Origin: Vibrio vulnificus CMCP6
GTDB taxonomy: Bacteria; Pseudomonadota; Gammaproteobacteria; Enterobacterales; Vibrionaceae
Length of the DNA stretch: 32,000 nucleotides
NCBI RefSeq assembly: GCF_000039765.1
Contig: NC_004459.3
Location: 3,249,867 to 3,281,866, forward strand
Direction of reading: 5' to 3'
In this document: one piece after another, positions 1 to 8,333 of the stretch
How the letters are laid out: each line of letters starts with the position of its first letter
How positions within the stretch are numbered: the first letter of the stretch is position 1
Notes under the pieces: model-generated
What the model was told of the DNA's origin: nothing
Seen by the model: the letters and a program-made list of their open reading frames with translations, nothing else
Database searches by the model: none
Position numbers and translations under genes: made by a program

Positions 1-166
1 GATGGTTTTTGATTTTCTCGTTCAAGAAAAAGTGTTGTTAGTGCAGGGTTCTGGATTCAACTGGCCAAAACCAGACCACTTCCGCATTGTCACTCTACCG
101 CATATCGAAGATCTCGAAACCGCCATTGGCCGCTTTGAACGTTTCTTACATGGCTATAGCCAGTAG
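1..166 (+). CDS. alaA: Class I aminotransferase AlaA/YfbQ-like, 3' end only (gene starts upstream of window)
   Basis: Frame 2 reads ...FLVQEKVLLVQGSGFNWPKPDHFRIVTLPHIEDLETAIGRFERFLHGYSQ*, with the stop at 164-166. This matches the conserved C-terminus of AlaA as I recall it. An alaA-yfbR neighbourhood is known from E. coli. Confidence 0.8.
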   Translation, partial: MVFDFLVQEKVLLVQGSGFNWPKPDHFRIVTLPHIEDLETAIGRFERFLHGYSQ

Positions 167-193
167 TAATTATTGTTAAACTTTCATATGCTT

Positions 194-221
194 AAAGGTG
201 TTCCATAGGAACACCTTTTTT
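194..221 (+). terminator. Rho-independent terminator downstream of alaA
   Basis: Perfect 11-bp stem AAAGGTGTTCC (194-204), loop ATA, stem GGAACACCTTT (208-218), running into a T tract. Confidence 0.7.
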
Positions 222-237
222 CTAACTGCGTTTTGAG

Positions 238-480
238 GTGACTATCGTGCAAGAAAGCCATTTTTTCGCTCATTTGGCTCGTATGAAGCTAATTCAACGC
301 TGGCCATTAATGCGCTCTGTCTCCAGTGAGAATGTCTCTGAGCACAGTTTGCAGGTCGCCTTTGTTGCCCATGCTTTAGCGCTGATCAAAAACAAGAAGT
401 TTGGTGGTCACATCAATGCAGAGCGGGTGGCCGTGTTGGCCATGTATCACGATAGTAGTGAGGTTTTGACTGGTGATTAG
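238..480 (+). pseudogene. yfbR: 5'-deoxynucleotidase YfbR (HD domain), N-terminal 80 codons only, interrupted by island insertion
   Basis: The 80-aa ORF ...[74 protein letters not shown] is colinear with E. coli YfbR up to the EVLTGD motif. It then hits TAG at 478-480, where base composition changes abruptly. The expected continuation LPTPVKY... is absent. Confidence 0.8.
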
Positions 481-521
481 TTCGTTTTTCTAATATGAGT
501 AAACCAGTGACTTAGTTCGTT
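478..521 (+). repeat. 10-bp direct repeat TTAGTTCGTT x2 at the chromosome/island junction
   Basis: TTAGTTCGTT occurs at 478-487, overlapping the premature stop of yfbR, and again at 512-521, 34 bp downstream. Confidence 0.5.
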
Positions 522-563
522 AATACACATAAGTTACCATTAGACTATTGTAAGGATATTCAG

Positions 564-1163
564 TTGAAAAAATCACAAAGTACATTCATGGCATGGGTGA
601 CACGTATGCCATTAATAAAACGCTGGGCATTAATGCACTGCTTTCAAGAAGAAAATGTTTCAGAACATTCTCATCAGGTTGCGGTAATAGCTCACTTATT
701 AACTGTCATTAAAAACAAACGATATGGCGGTAACTTAAATCCAGAAAAAGCTGCAGTTACCGCCATTTATCATGAAATATCAGAAACAAAACTTCAGGAT
801 ATAAATTCAAAAACCAAGTACCACAGCCCTGAATTTACAGCAGCATTTAAAAAACTTGAAGATATTGCAGAAAAAGAATGTTTAGAAACATTACCAGAGG
901 ATTTACGTAATGAGTTCTCAGATTTACTTGTTCAAAAAAATGTAGACGCTGAATATAAAGCGATTGTAAAAGCAGCAGATATTCTATCAGCTTATATAAA
1001 GACTCTAAACGAACTTCGATTTAACAATGATGAATTTTTACATGTCAAAAAAGGACTTGATCCAAAAATTAAAAGACTTATTACTGAAATGCCTGAAGTA
1101 AAAGATTTTATGGATGTATTTTGTGATAGTTGCACTACTACGTTTGACAAAATATCAGGATAA
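564..1163 (+). CDS. Island-borne YfbR-like HD-domain 5'-nucleotidase, full length (199 aa), with HE in place of the HD dyad
   Basis: The protein is colinear with YfbR over its whole length (RWALM, ENVSEHSHQVA, KNKRYGGN, VKAADILSAYIK). By eye it is roughly half identical to the truncated chromosomal copy, and it is much more AT-rich. It has a TTG start, or ATG at the MAWVTRM position. Codons 70-71 are CAT GAA (771-776). Confidence 0.75.
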   Translation: MKKSQSTFMAWVTRMPLIKRWALMHCFQEENVSEHSHQVAVIAHLLTVIKNKRYGGNLNPEKAAVTAIYHEISETKLQDINSKTKYHSPEFTAAFKKLEDIAEKECLETLPEDLRNEFSDLLVQKNVDAEYKAIVKAADILSAYIKTLNELRFNNDEFLHVKKGLDPKIKRLITEMPEVKDFMDVFCDSCTTTFDKISG

Positions 1164-1481
1164 ATAATACCTCTCGGTATCTATAGAGTTTTAAAAAAAA
1201 GCAGAATCTGTAATCACGCATAACTTCATCACACATGCGTTATCAATATGAGTAACGTATGTAAAATGTGTTTTAACTCAAACTTTTACATAAAATCAAC
1301 ACATCAAAATTTACATACAACGCCAAGTTTGGTAACGTAAAATTGTAAAGGTTATCGTCACCTAGCCCGACTCAAGGCAAAGACGATAGTTTTGAATAGA
1401 CAAAGTAATCACTTTTCAGTGGCATTTTGCATGAGAGTCGCATAGCAAACTTCAATGCTGCACTACGACCAAGGTGAAACT

Positions 1482-2066
1482 ATGTCTAAAAACCATTCAT
1501 TACCTCAAATTTCTCCATCCGACATCTTTAAGTTAAAAGCAAAACAATTTTCATTGTTAATAACCAAAATATCAGGTTTTAGTAATATACCGTCAAAAAA
1601 AAGGTATGATTGGTTAGCTCATGCTCTAGGTTATAAAGACCACAATGATTTATTACACTCTAATTATCTTAGAAGAATTACTGATAACCGTAATATCCTA
1701 AATATTTTTAGTAATAAAAAACAACGAGAAGACATAATTAATATTTTCTGCTCTAACCTTCCTGACGTATCAAAGAAACATATAAGTGATGCTACTATTT
1801 TAATGGCTATTATAGAAAAGCCAGAATATAAAAAGTTACTATTTTCACTAATACATAGTGGAATTAGATACCCCTCAATTTCTGGGTTAATTACACCTAA
1901 AAATAATAAAATAATCACATATAAATTAAACATCCCAAGAATAAAATCAGCACACCAAAGCCTACCAAATAACACCATCAACAAAAACCATATATTTTCG
2001 TTTTCAAAATTTCGTGAAGATTATGTTAAAAACACATTATCAGAAAACTTAACGACAAATAAATGA
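1482..2066 (+). CDS. Hypothetical protein, first gene of the recombinase operon; paralog of 8334-8789
   Basis: ATG at 1482 is preceded by AGGTGA. Its stop overlaps the next start (ATGA at 2063-2066). It shares the blocks KxRYxxLAxxLGYKDHxxL and FCSNLPxVSxKHI with the 151-aa ORF at 8334. Confidence 0.6.
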   Translation: MSKNHSLPQISPSDIFKLKAKQFSLLITKISGFSNIPSKKRYDWLAHALGYKDHNDLLHSNYLRRITDNRNILNIFSNKKQREDIINIFCSNLPDVSKKHISDATILMAIIEKPEYKKLLFSLIHSGIRYPSISGLITPKNNKIITYKLNIPRIKSAHQSLPNNTINKNHIFSFSKFREDYVKNTLSENLTTNK

Positions 2067-3940
2067 AATATAGATTTGGTGAAATGGGAAATAAAAAAGT
2101 ATCTATCGGAAACTTATCCGCAAAAATAATAAGTGGGAAAAACATAAGTATCGGTGATAAAAGTGCACTTGGTGAATTAATTAAATATTTAAAAAAAGAG
2201 AATAAAAGTAAATTAATAACAACCAACTTTGATGATGTTGAATTTCTTAAATTTCTGAAATATTTATCTACGATTAAAACGACAAAACGCCGATATCAAA
2301 TTTCTGTTGCAGTAAGACGCCTTATTGCTGAAGAATTTCACAACGGAGTTGTTTTCACTATATCACCCGACGAATGGCCTGTTCCGGAAAAACCGAGACC
2401 AACGCATTTTCAACCACTAAGCTCAGAACAAATAGTCAAATTGGAAGAATTTCTAAGAGAAGAAATTGACGTTGCTTATAAGAAAGATGAAATTTTTCAG
2501 AGTGCCCGAAAATCAGGAGTGGTTAGCAACAAAATCGGCATCGACTTTTGGCACCGAGCTAACCCAGATCCAGCGTTACCTAGATTTACTGACTGGCATG
2601 AAAGCCTAAAAAATGCCATTGCTACAATATATTCTATTCATCCAAATTTTCCTAATAATGCATCAAATGAAGATTTGGCAGAAAATGGAAAATTTTATAT
2701 TCCCAAAGACCTTACATATACAAATCTTACAACAACATTTAAAACCCTCGCAAAGAGAATGGTCATGCAAAACATTCCTGGGTACACTTCATTTGTATTA
2801 GAAGCCCCAGAACTAACATATACAAAATTAATATCATATATCTACCCGGATTTACGTGAACTGATCGCTATTAAAATAGCGATTTGCTTCGAAACTGGTT
2901 GGTCACCCGATATCACCGAACGAATAGATCCAGATGATTATATTTATGACCCAATTCCTATGGAAAATGACTGGGTATTTATTAAATCAACAAAAGCAAA
3001 GGGAGCTTCTGTAAATAAGAAAACAAGACTTCGCGAACAGAGATTGATGATTCATCCTAGTTCAAAAACTGATAAATACAGTGCGTATAATTTAATAAAA
3101 TTACTAGTAAAAAGAACTTCAACATTACGAAAAGGACATTTATACGAGAAAGCAACTACAGATCTTGACGTTCACCCTGCATTCATAAGTTTAGTAGTAA
3201 ATGCTGGTCTAAAATTTGTAGCGCATTACCCATGCCGTAAAGGTGTTAATAGAAGTTCAAGTAGCAAGTTCATTGAAAAAAGTATTGGGTATAAGTTGGA
3301 TCTAAGACGACTCAGGCCAACTCGATTGTATCTAAATGAAAAAGAAAAAAAGCTGCCGCTATTGCTTCAAGTCGCGCTATTTGGGCACTCAACATCTGCA
3401 ATTACTGACGAGGTTTATAAAGACAACTCCCACTTCCAACAGCTAAGAAATGACAAACTAGCAATGGAATTAGATAGTATATTCGACAGTATTCGTGATG
3501 GTTCTTTCAAAGGAAAACTAGTTCCATTAAAACAAAGAACATGTATCAAAAAAAAGATAATAAATATCTATACAAACCACAATGGCGAGTCACCATTAGC
3601 AATCTGTAATAACCCATACTACCCCACCTGGCACTTGTCTGATGGTGGACAAATTCCCAGATCAAATAAACCATGCAAACAATTTAACAAATGTCTTACG
3701 TGTCAACAATCATCCGTTACCAGTGACAACATTCCATTTGTAGTAGATAGATTCCTCTATTTAGATCAGAAACGACGCTCAATGCGAAGTGACCAGTTTG
3801 ATTGCATGTATAGGGAAGAATATGAAGCAGCAAAAGAAGTCATCGAATCATGGCCTTATCAAGAAGATATTCAAGAAGCTGAGTTGAGAAACGCTGTTGA
3901 TGGATACCTACTTCCACCTATTATTTCAGAGAGTAACTAA
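2063..3940 (+). CDS. Large (625 aa) tyrosine-recombinase-fold protein with non-canonical box I and a C-terminal Cys cluster
   Basis: Box II-like LRRLRPTRL (codons 414-422) and LFGHSTSAITDEVY (putative Tyr452) are present. The box I position reads ETGWSPDI instead of TGxRxxE. The Cys cluster is C515, C538, C544-x2-C547. The gene is translationally coupled on both sides. Confidence 0.7.
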   Translation: MKYRFGEMGNKKVSIGNLSAKIISGKNISIGDKSALGELIKYLKKENKSKLITTNFDDVEFLKFLKYLSTIKTTKRRYQISVAVRRLIAEEFHNGVVFTISPDEWPVPEKPRPTHFQPLSSEQIVKLEEFLREEIDVAYKKDEIFQSARKSGVVSNKIGIDFWHRANPDPALPRFTDWHESLKNAIATIYSIHPNFPNNASNEDLAENGKFYIPKDLTYTNLTTTFKTLAKRMVMQNIPGYTSFVLEAPELTYTKLISYIYPDLRELIAIKIAICFETGWSPDITERIDPDDYIYDPIPMENDWVFIKSTKAKGASVNKKTRLREQRLMIHPSSKTDKYSAYNLIKLLVKRTSTLRKGHLYEKATTDLDVHPAFISLVVNAGLKFVAHYPCRKGVNRSSSSKFIEKSIGYKLDLRRLRPTRLYLNEKEKKLPLLLQVALFGHSTSAITDEVYKDNSHFQQLRNDKLAMELDSIFDSIRDGSFKGKLVPLKQRTCIKKKIINIYTNHNGESPLAICNNPYYPTWHLSDGGQIPRSNKPCKQFNKCLTCQQSSVTSDNIPFVVDRFLYLDQKRRSMRSDQFDCMYREEYEAAKEVIESWPYQEDIQEAELRNAVDGYLLPPIISESN

Positions 3941-5883
3941 TGAAACTAATAAACTTTGGCGAGATCAACATTGATAAAGACATTCAAATATCAGAAGAAA
4001 TAAATTTCAAATATAATGTTTGGAGAATTCAATATTCACAATCAGAACATATATCACTAAACTTTGAAAATTTTAGTGAAAATAATAATGTATCTAACTA
4101 TAACGATTTGGTAATTTTAATAAAAATACTAACTTATTATGAATTCCCTAAATTATTCAATTTAAACATAACCAGTTGGTTGACAACAAATCATCGCCAT
4201 TCATATTTTATTAATGTCGCTAAAAATTTTCTCCTTGATTCTGGATTTACATCTAGAAAAATGCTTTCTAATATTACTTTAAGTCAATGTAAAGGATATA
4301 TTGAAGATTGCATTTCACTATTTAAAAAAAGAATACCAGGTTCAATAACAAAACTGGATAGTGCAATATATTTTTTTGACAGATGGAGTGAATTATCTCA
4401 CAAAAAAAGGTTACCAAAAGAATTCAGATTTGAATACGATAAGTATGATATTTTAGATAAAGAAAAACGTGCTGAACTAAGAACTCTCAAAGATGAACAA
4501 TGCGATCCATGGCAACCATTGGATTCAGAAATTGTAAAATCCGTTTTCGATGAATCATTAAAATATATACAAACTTTATCTCCAACAATTATTAAATGCT
4601 CCAATTTAGTAAAAGAAAAAGGACGACGAGACGATGGTTCTTCTTGGGGAACCATAAGAAAAGATGGTCGTACAAAACATATTTTTAAAGTACTCGAGAA
4701 CATGGAAATTCCAGACATATATGATGGAGTTAAACTTTTCAATTTTAAGCCTGTAACCAAAGAGGTTACTTCTTTAGGTTACGCCAGTGGGAAGCAAGAT
4801 AGAACAACAATACCAACCAATGAAATACGGCCAGCAGTTATAAAACTAAAACGAAGTTGTATATTTATTATAGGGTTATTTACTGGTTTAAGGCGTCGTG
4901 AGATTGCATCACTAAAGGCTAAGCCAGCATATAAAAAAAATGATTGTTTATACTTAGATATTATACGTTTTAAGCAAGCCGCCGATTCAGAACAAGAAGG
5001 TGAAGAAGATAGTATCCCTATACCAAAAATTGTTGGTGATGCTATTGATATATTAATTGAATTATTTGCTATCAGCCGAAAGACATTAAATAGCCAATAT
5101 CTTTTGGTAACAGATATGCCTTCTAAAAAGAATTTCGAAAAAATAAAAATTGATACAATTACAAAAGACATTAGAAAAATAGTCGCTGATATGACAGATG
5201 TAACAGATGCTCACCCACACCAGCTGCGAAAAACTATCGCATGGTTACTGATTTCTAGAAGTGAAAAAAACATTGATCTTATTCGTCAGCTCTTTGGTCA
5301 TAAAAGTTATGGTATGACACTTCGATATATAATGCGCAACGAATTAATGGTAGAGAGTGTAATAGAGTTGTTAGAACACAACTACACAGAAGATCTACAA
5401 GAAATATTCGAGGCTATCAATAATAATAATACAGCGGGAGATCTATCAGATAAAATCAAAAAACGTATGGAAGAGCAAATTTATCCAGGTAGCATATTGG
5501 TAACCGATATTGAATCCTATGTGCGTGAATCACTAAAAGCTGGTATACCTTTGTTCGTATCGAGAGTCCCCATTGGTGGTTTCTGCATAAACGCGGGTAA
5601 TGAAGATTCTATCCCACCATGTATGATGAAAACCAATTCAAAAAGACCATGCGTTGATTTCTGTAACTACAAAGTGTGTGATTACCTAATTTTTAATGAT
5701 GAATCAATTTCTAATATTCACTCTCAAATTAACTACTACAAACAAAAGTTAAGCTATCTAGATGAATCAAGCAATGAAAAAGTTGTGACTTATTATCAAA
5801 AAGAAATTCTTGAACACAGAGAGCTTCTTGAGAGATTAGAAAATAAGAAAAATAACCAGAATTTTAAAAAGGCTCAATTATGA
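3940..5883 (+). CDS. Large (647 aa) tyrosine recombinase (phage-integrase family) with a C-terminal Cys cluster
   Basis: Canonical motifs are present: FTGLRRREIASL (Arg I), HPHQLRKTIAWLL (HxxR) and LFGHKSYGMTLRYI (His/Tyr). The Cys cluster GGFCINAG...PPCMM...RPCVDFCNYKVC spans 5584-5679. Start and stop overlap the neighbouring genes. Confidence 0.8.
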   Translation: MKLINFGEINIDKDIQISEEINFKYNVWRIQYSQSEHISLNFENFSENNNVSNYNDLVILIKILTYYEFPKLFNLNITSWLTTNHRHSYFINVAKNFLLDSGFTSRKMLSNITLSQCKGYIEDCISLFKKRIPGSITKLDSAIYFFDRWSELSHKKRLPKEFRFEYDKYDILDKEKRAELRTLKDEQCDPWQPLDSEIVKSVFDESLKYIQTLSPTIIKCSNLVKEKGRRDDGSSWGTIRKDGRTKHIFKVLENMEIPDIYDGVKLFNFKPVTKEVTSLGYASGKQDRTTIPTNEIRPAVIKLKRSCIFIIGLFTGLRRREIASLKAKPAYKKNDCLYLDIIRFKQAADSEQEGEEDSIPIPKIVGDAIDILIELFAISRKTLNSQYLLVTDMPSKKNFEKIKIDTITKDIRKIVADMTDVTDAHPHQLRKTIAWLLISRSEKNIDLIRQLFGHKSYGMTLRYIMRNELMVESVIELLEHNYTEDLQEIFEAINNNNTAGDLSDKIKKRMEEQIYPGSILVTDIESYVRESLKAGIPLFVSRVPIGGFCINAGNEDSIPPCMMKTNSKRPCVDFCNYKVCDYLIFNDESISNIHSQINYYKQKLSYLDESSNEKVVTYYQKEILEHRELLERLENKKNNQNFKKAQL

Positions 5884-6980
5884 CTTTAAAGGAAAAGGAT
5901 GTAGAAAATGTAATTGATATCCTTATCTCATCAGATTCTTTTAATGTAAAAAAACTAGCTGAGTATCTTAAGGTTTCTCGGTCCTATTTATATAAAGAAT
6001 TCCGACATCTACTACCTAAACCAGCAAGTATCACCCAAAAAAGAATAGAAAATGCTATTTTACGAATTAGACAACGGACAGGTCGCTCTCTCTTAACTAT
6101 TTCGGAAGTAGCAATAGAATCAGGAGTAAGCAGGCAAAGTATTTCTAGAGATTACAGTCATCTTTTATCTATGATAAAAGGTAAAAAATCTGTTGATATA
6201 ATTCCTAATTCAACAACAGAATCAGAAGAAAAAATTAAATTCCTAGAAGATCAAATTTCTTCTCTTAGCATGAAAAATGAAGAATATGAAGAGAATATTA
6301 AGTTAAAGGTTTACTCCGATATGATGAAGCAAGATCTTGCTTCATTTACAGCCCAAAAGGACAAAGCAAATGCTATCAAGCTACAAAATCAAAATGATGA
6401 AATAATAGCTATTAATAAACAACAAATATCAGAACTAGCGGATCTACGATCGCAATTATCAGAATTAAAAAGAAAGTCTAAAACAATCATTCCCGGGTGT
6501 AATATTATTGCTCATATCAAACCAGATTATAGTAGTATTTCATCAAAAATGGATTTAAAAACTTCAATGGAGATTTTCTTCGAAATAGAAGAAAAAAACA
6601 TAAACGATGCCATTGATATCTGCTTCACTTCACAACCTAATTCAGTAATATTTTTTCAACCTTTTCTTAGTTGCAACTTTGAAAGTCTTGGTATTACTTT
6701 ATCAAAAGGTGATGTTATTCTTATTGAAAGTAATTTTCCTCTTGCCAAGCAATTCAAAAAACTTTTACTAAATATAAGCGAAATTCCTGTCCATTCAATA
6801 TCATGTAAAGGTCACGAATTACAATTGGCAAATTTCTATTGTCGAAAGAATCACACCAATAAATTTAGCGAAGAGTTTATAGATAAGTTATATAAACTAA
6901 TATCTTATCCAGATCAGAATGATGGTTTTAAATCTGTAACGCTCGTAAAGCCTAGCCCTTCTATTTCGGCGGTAAAATAG
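5880..6980 (+). CDS. Accessory protein with two N-terminal HTH-like segments, a central coiled coil and an unknown C-terminal domain
   Basis: The HTH-like segments are VKKLAEYLKVSRSYLYKEF and ISEVAIESGVSRQSISRDY. A heptad-rich region spans about aa 115-200. The gene is embedded between recombinase genes, with an ATGA overlap upstream and a 1-nt gap downstream. Confidence 0.55.
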   Translation: MTLKEKDVENVIDILISSDSFNVKKLAEYLKVSRSYLYKEFRHLLPKPASITQKRIENAILRIRQRTGRSLLTISEVAIESGVSRQSISRDYSHLLSMIKGKKSVDIIPNSTTESEEKIKFLEDQISSLSMKNEEYEENIKLKVYSDMMKQDLASFTAQKDKANAIKLQNQNDEIIAINKQQISELADLRSQLSELKRKSKTIIPGCNIIAHIKPDYSSISSKMDLKTSMEIFFEIEEKNINDAIDICFTSQPNSVIFFQPFLSCNFESLGITLSKGDVILIESNFPLAKQFKKLLLNISEIPVHSISCKGHELQLANFYCRKNHTNKFSEEFIDKLYKLISYPDQNDGFKSVTLVKPSPSISAVK

Positions 6981-6981
6981 T

Positions 6982-8268
6982 ATGCTTATTGAACGGAAAT
7001 TAATTACATATCCATATGAAAGAACCGATTACTCTCATTACATCCTAGTTTTAAAAATAAATGATAAGATAATATTGATGAGTGCTGTAAATCTATTTTT
7101 AAAAGAAAGGACATACAGAAGTTTTAAAACCAGCGAACGGTATTCCAATATTTTAAAACGTTTCTTTCATTTTATAATAAAAAATAATGCCAACATAAGC
7201 CAAAATTTCTGGCGAGAAGTTACGGATAGCGATATTCGTGAATGGCAAGGATATATAATAAAAAAGAGAGATAATGAACACAAGAAAAGGCCAAAGGATG
7301 ATACTATATATTTAGATGCTTGTATCGTTTTCGACTTCTATTCTTGGGCAGAAAGGAACCATTTTCCGGTTTTAATAAATTCAACAAGTGTTGACTGGAA
7401 ATTTAATTTTCGAGATGAAAGCAAAATTTTATCAAGTAAAGGCATCCTATCAGGAAGTGTTCCAGATTATGCAAACATTGATATTCGTAACACACGAAGA
7501 AAGCAATTTAGAAGCTTTAATAATAAATCTGATACTATAATGGAGTTTGAAAATATCATAGCTTTAGTAACATCATATAGTGATCTAGTTTATCCAGTAA
7601 TGTTTCTTTTAGCACTAGCTACTGGTATGCGTGAACAGGGAGTATGCTCTTTCCCTTATATTGGAATCGGTGAAAATGATCATATTAGAACATATCCTGA
7701 AATAAAAAATTTGGTTCCCAAAGACCCCAAAGGAAAAACTCCCAAAACATTTCCTTTCACTACTATAGAAAAAGGGAATAAAAAAAGAACTTTAAAGGTC
7801 AACATGTCTGCCTGGAAAATAATATGCAAAACATACTTACCACTTTATTACCAAAGAAAAAAATTATTTAGACAGAAATTTCCTCATAAAAACGATAATG
7901 CTGTATTCTTCTTGAATAAGGTCGGTAAACCCGTAACACCCAAAATGGTGTCAGATGCGACGAACCGAGCAAAAAAGAAACTTAATGACCAGCACTTTCA
8001 TTGGTCATTTCACAGTACAAGGGACTGGTATGCCACAATGTTTATTATCAAACACTTAACTCGAGAACAGATCAATGTAGCACATTATGACGCAGCTATT
8101 GAAGATGCTTTACGCAAACAACTAGGACACAGTGATATCAGAACAACATACATGCATTACATCCGTGTAGCTTCTCTTCTGTTGGCAACACGTAATGGTG
8201 AATTAGATTTTTCGTTGGGGAATTCTGATGATTTTTGGAATAATATTGCTAAAACAATAACTACCTAG
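6982..8268 (+). CDS. Tyrosine recombinase/integrase (428 aa)
   Basis: Motifs ALATGMREQG (Arg I), FHSTRDWYATMF (HxxR) and QLGHSDIRTTYMHYI (His/Tyr) are present. There is an N-terminal SAM-like region with a conserved W. Confidence 0.8.
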   Translation: MLIERKLITYPYERTDYSHYILVLKINDKIILMSAVNLFLKERTYRSFKTSERYSNILKRFFHFIIKNNANISQNFWREVTDSDIREWQGYIIKKRDNEHKKRPKDDTIYLDACIVFDFYSWAERNHFPVLINSTSVDWKFNFRDESKILSSKGILSGSVPDYANIDIRNTRRKQFRSFNNKSDTIMEFENIIALVTSYSDLVYPVMFLLALATGMREQGVCSFPYIGIGENDHIRTYPEIKNLVPKDPKGKTPKTFPFTTIEKGNKKRTLKVNMSAWKIICKTYLPLYYQRKKLFRQKFPHKNDNAVFFLNKVGKPVTPKMVSDATNRAKKKLNDQHFHWSFHSTRDWYATMFIIKHLTREQINVAHYDAAIEDALRKQLGHSDIRTTYMHYIRVASLLLATRNGELDFSLGNSDDFWNNIAKTITT

Positions 8269-8333
8269 TGCCTCCTCGCCATTCAGCCTAATCCATAGCG
8301 AAGCTACACACTACGCATAATAGGGATAAATCT

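Noticed and set aside
1664-5171. Antisense ORFs inside the recombinase operon (1664-1984, 2026-2226, 4398-4760 and 4779-5171 on the minus strand; 2613-2801 on the plus strand)
   Set aside because: They lie entirely within longer ORFs that have recognisable recombinase motifs. Their translations are low-complexity and Ile/Leu/Phe/Ser-rich, as expected from reading AT-rich coding DNA in the wrong frame.
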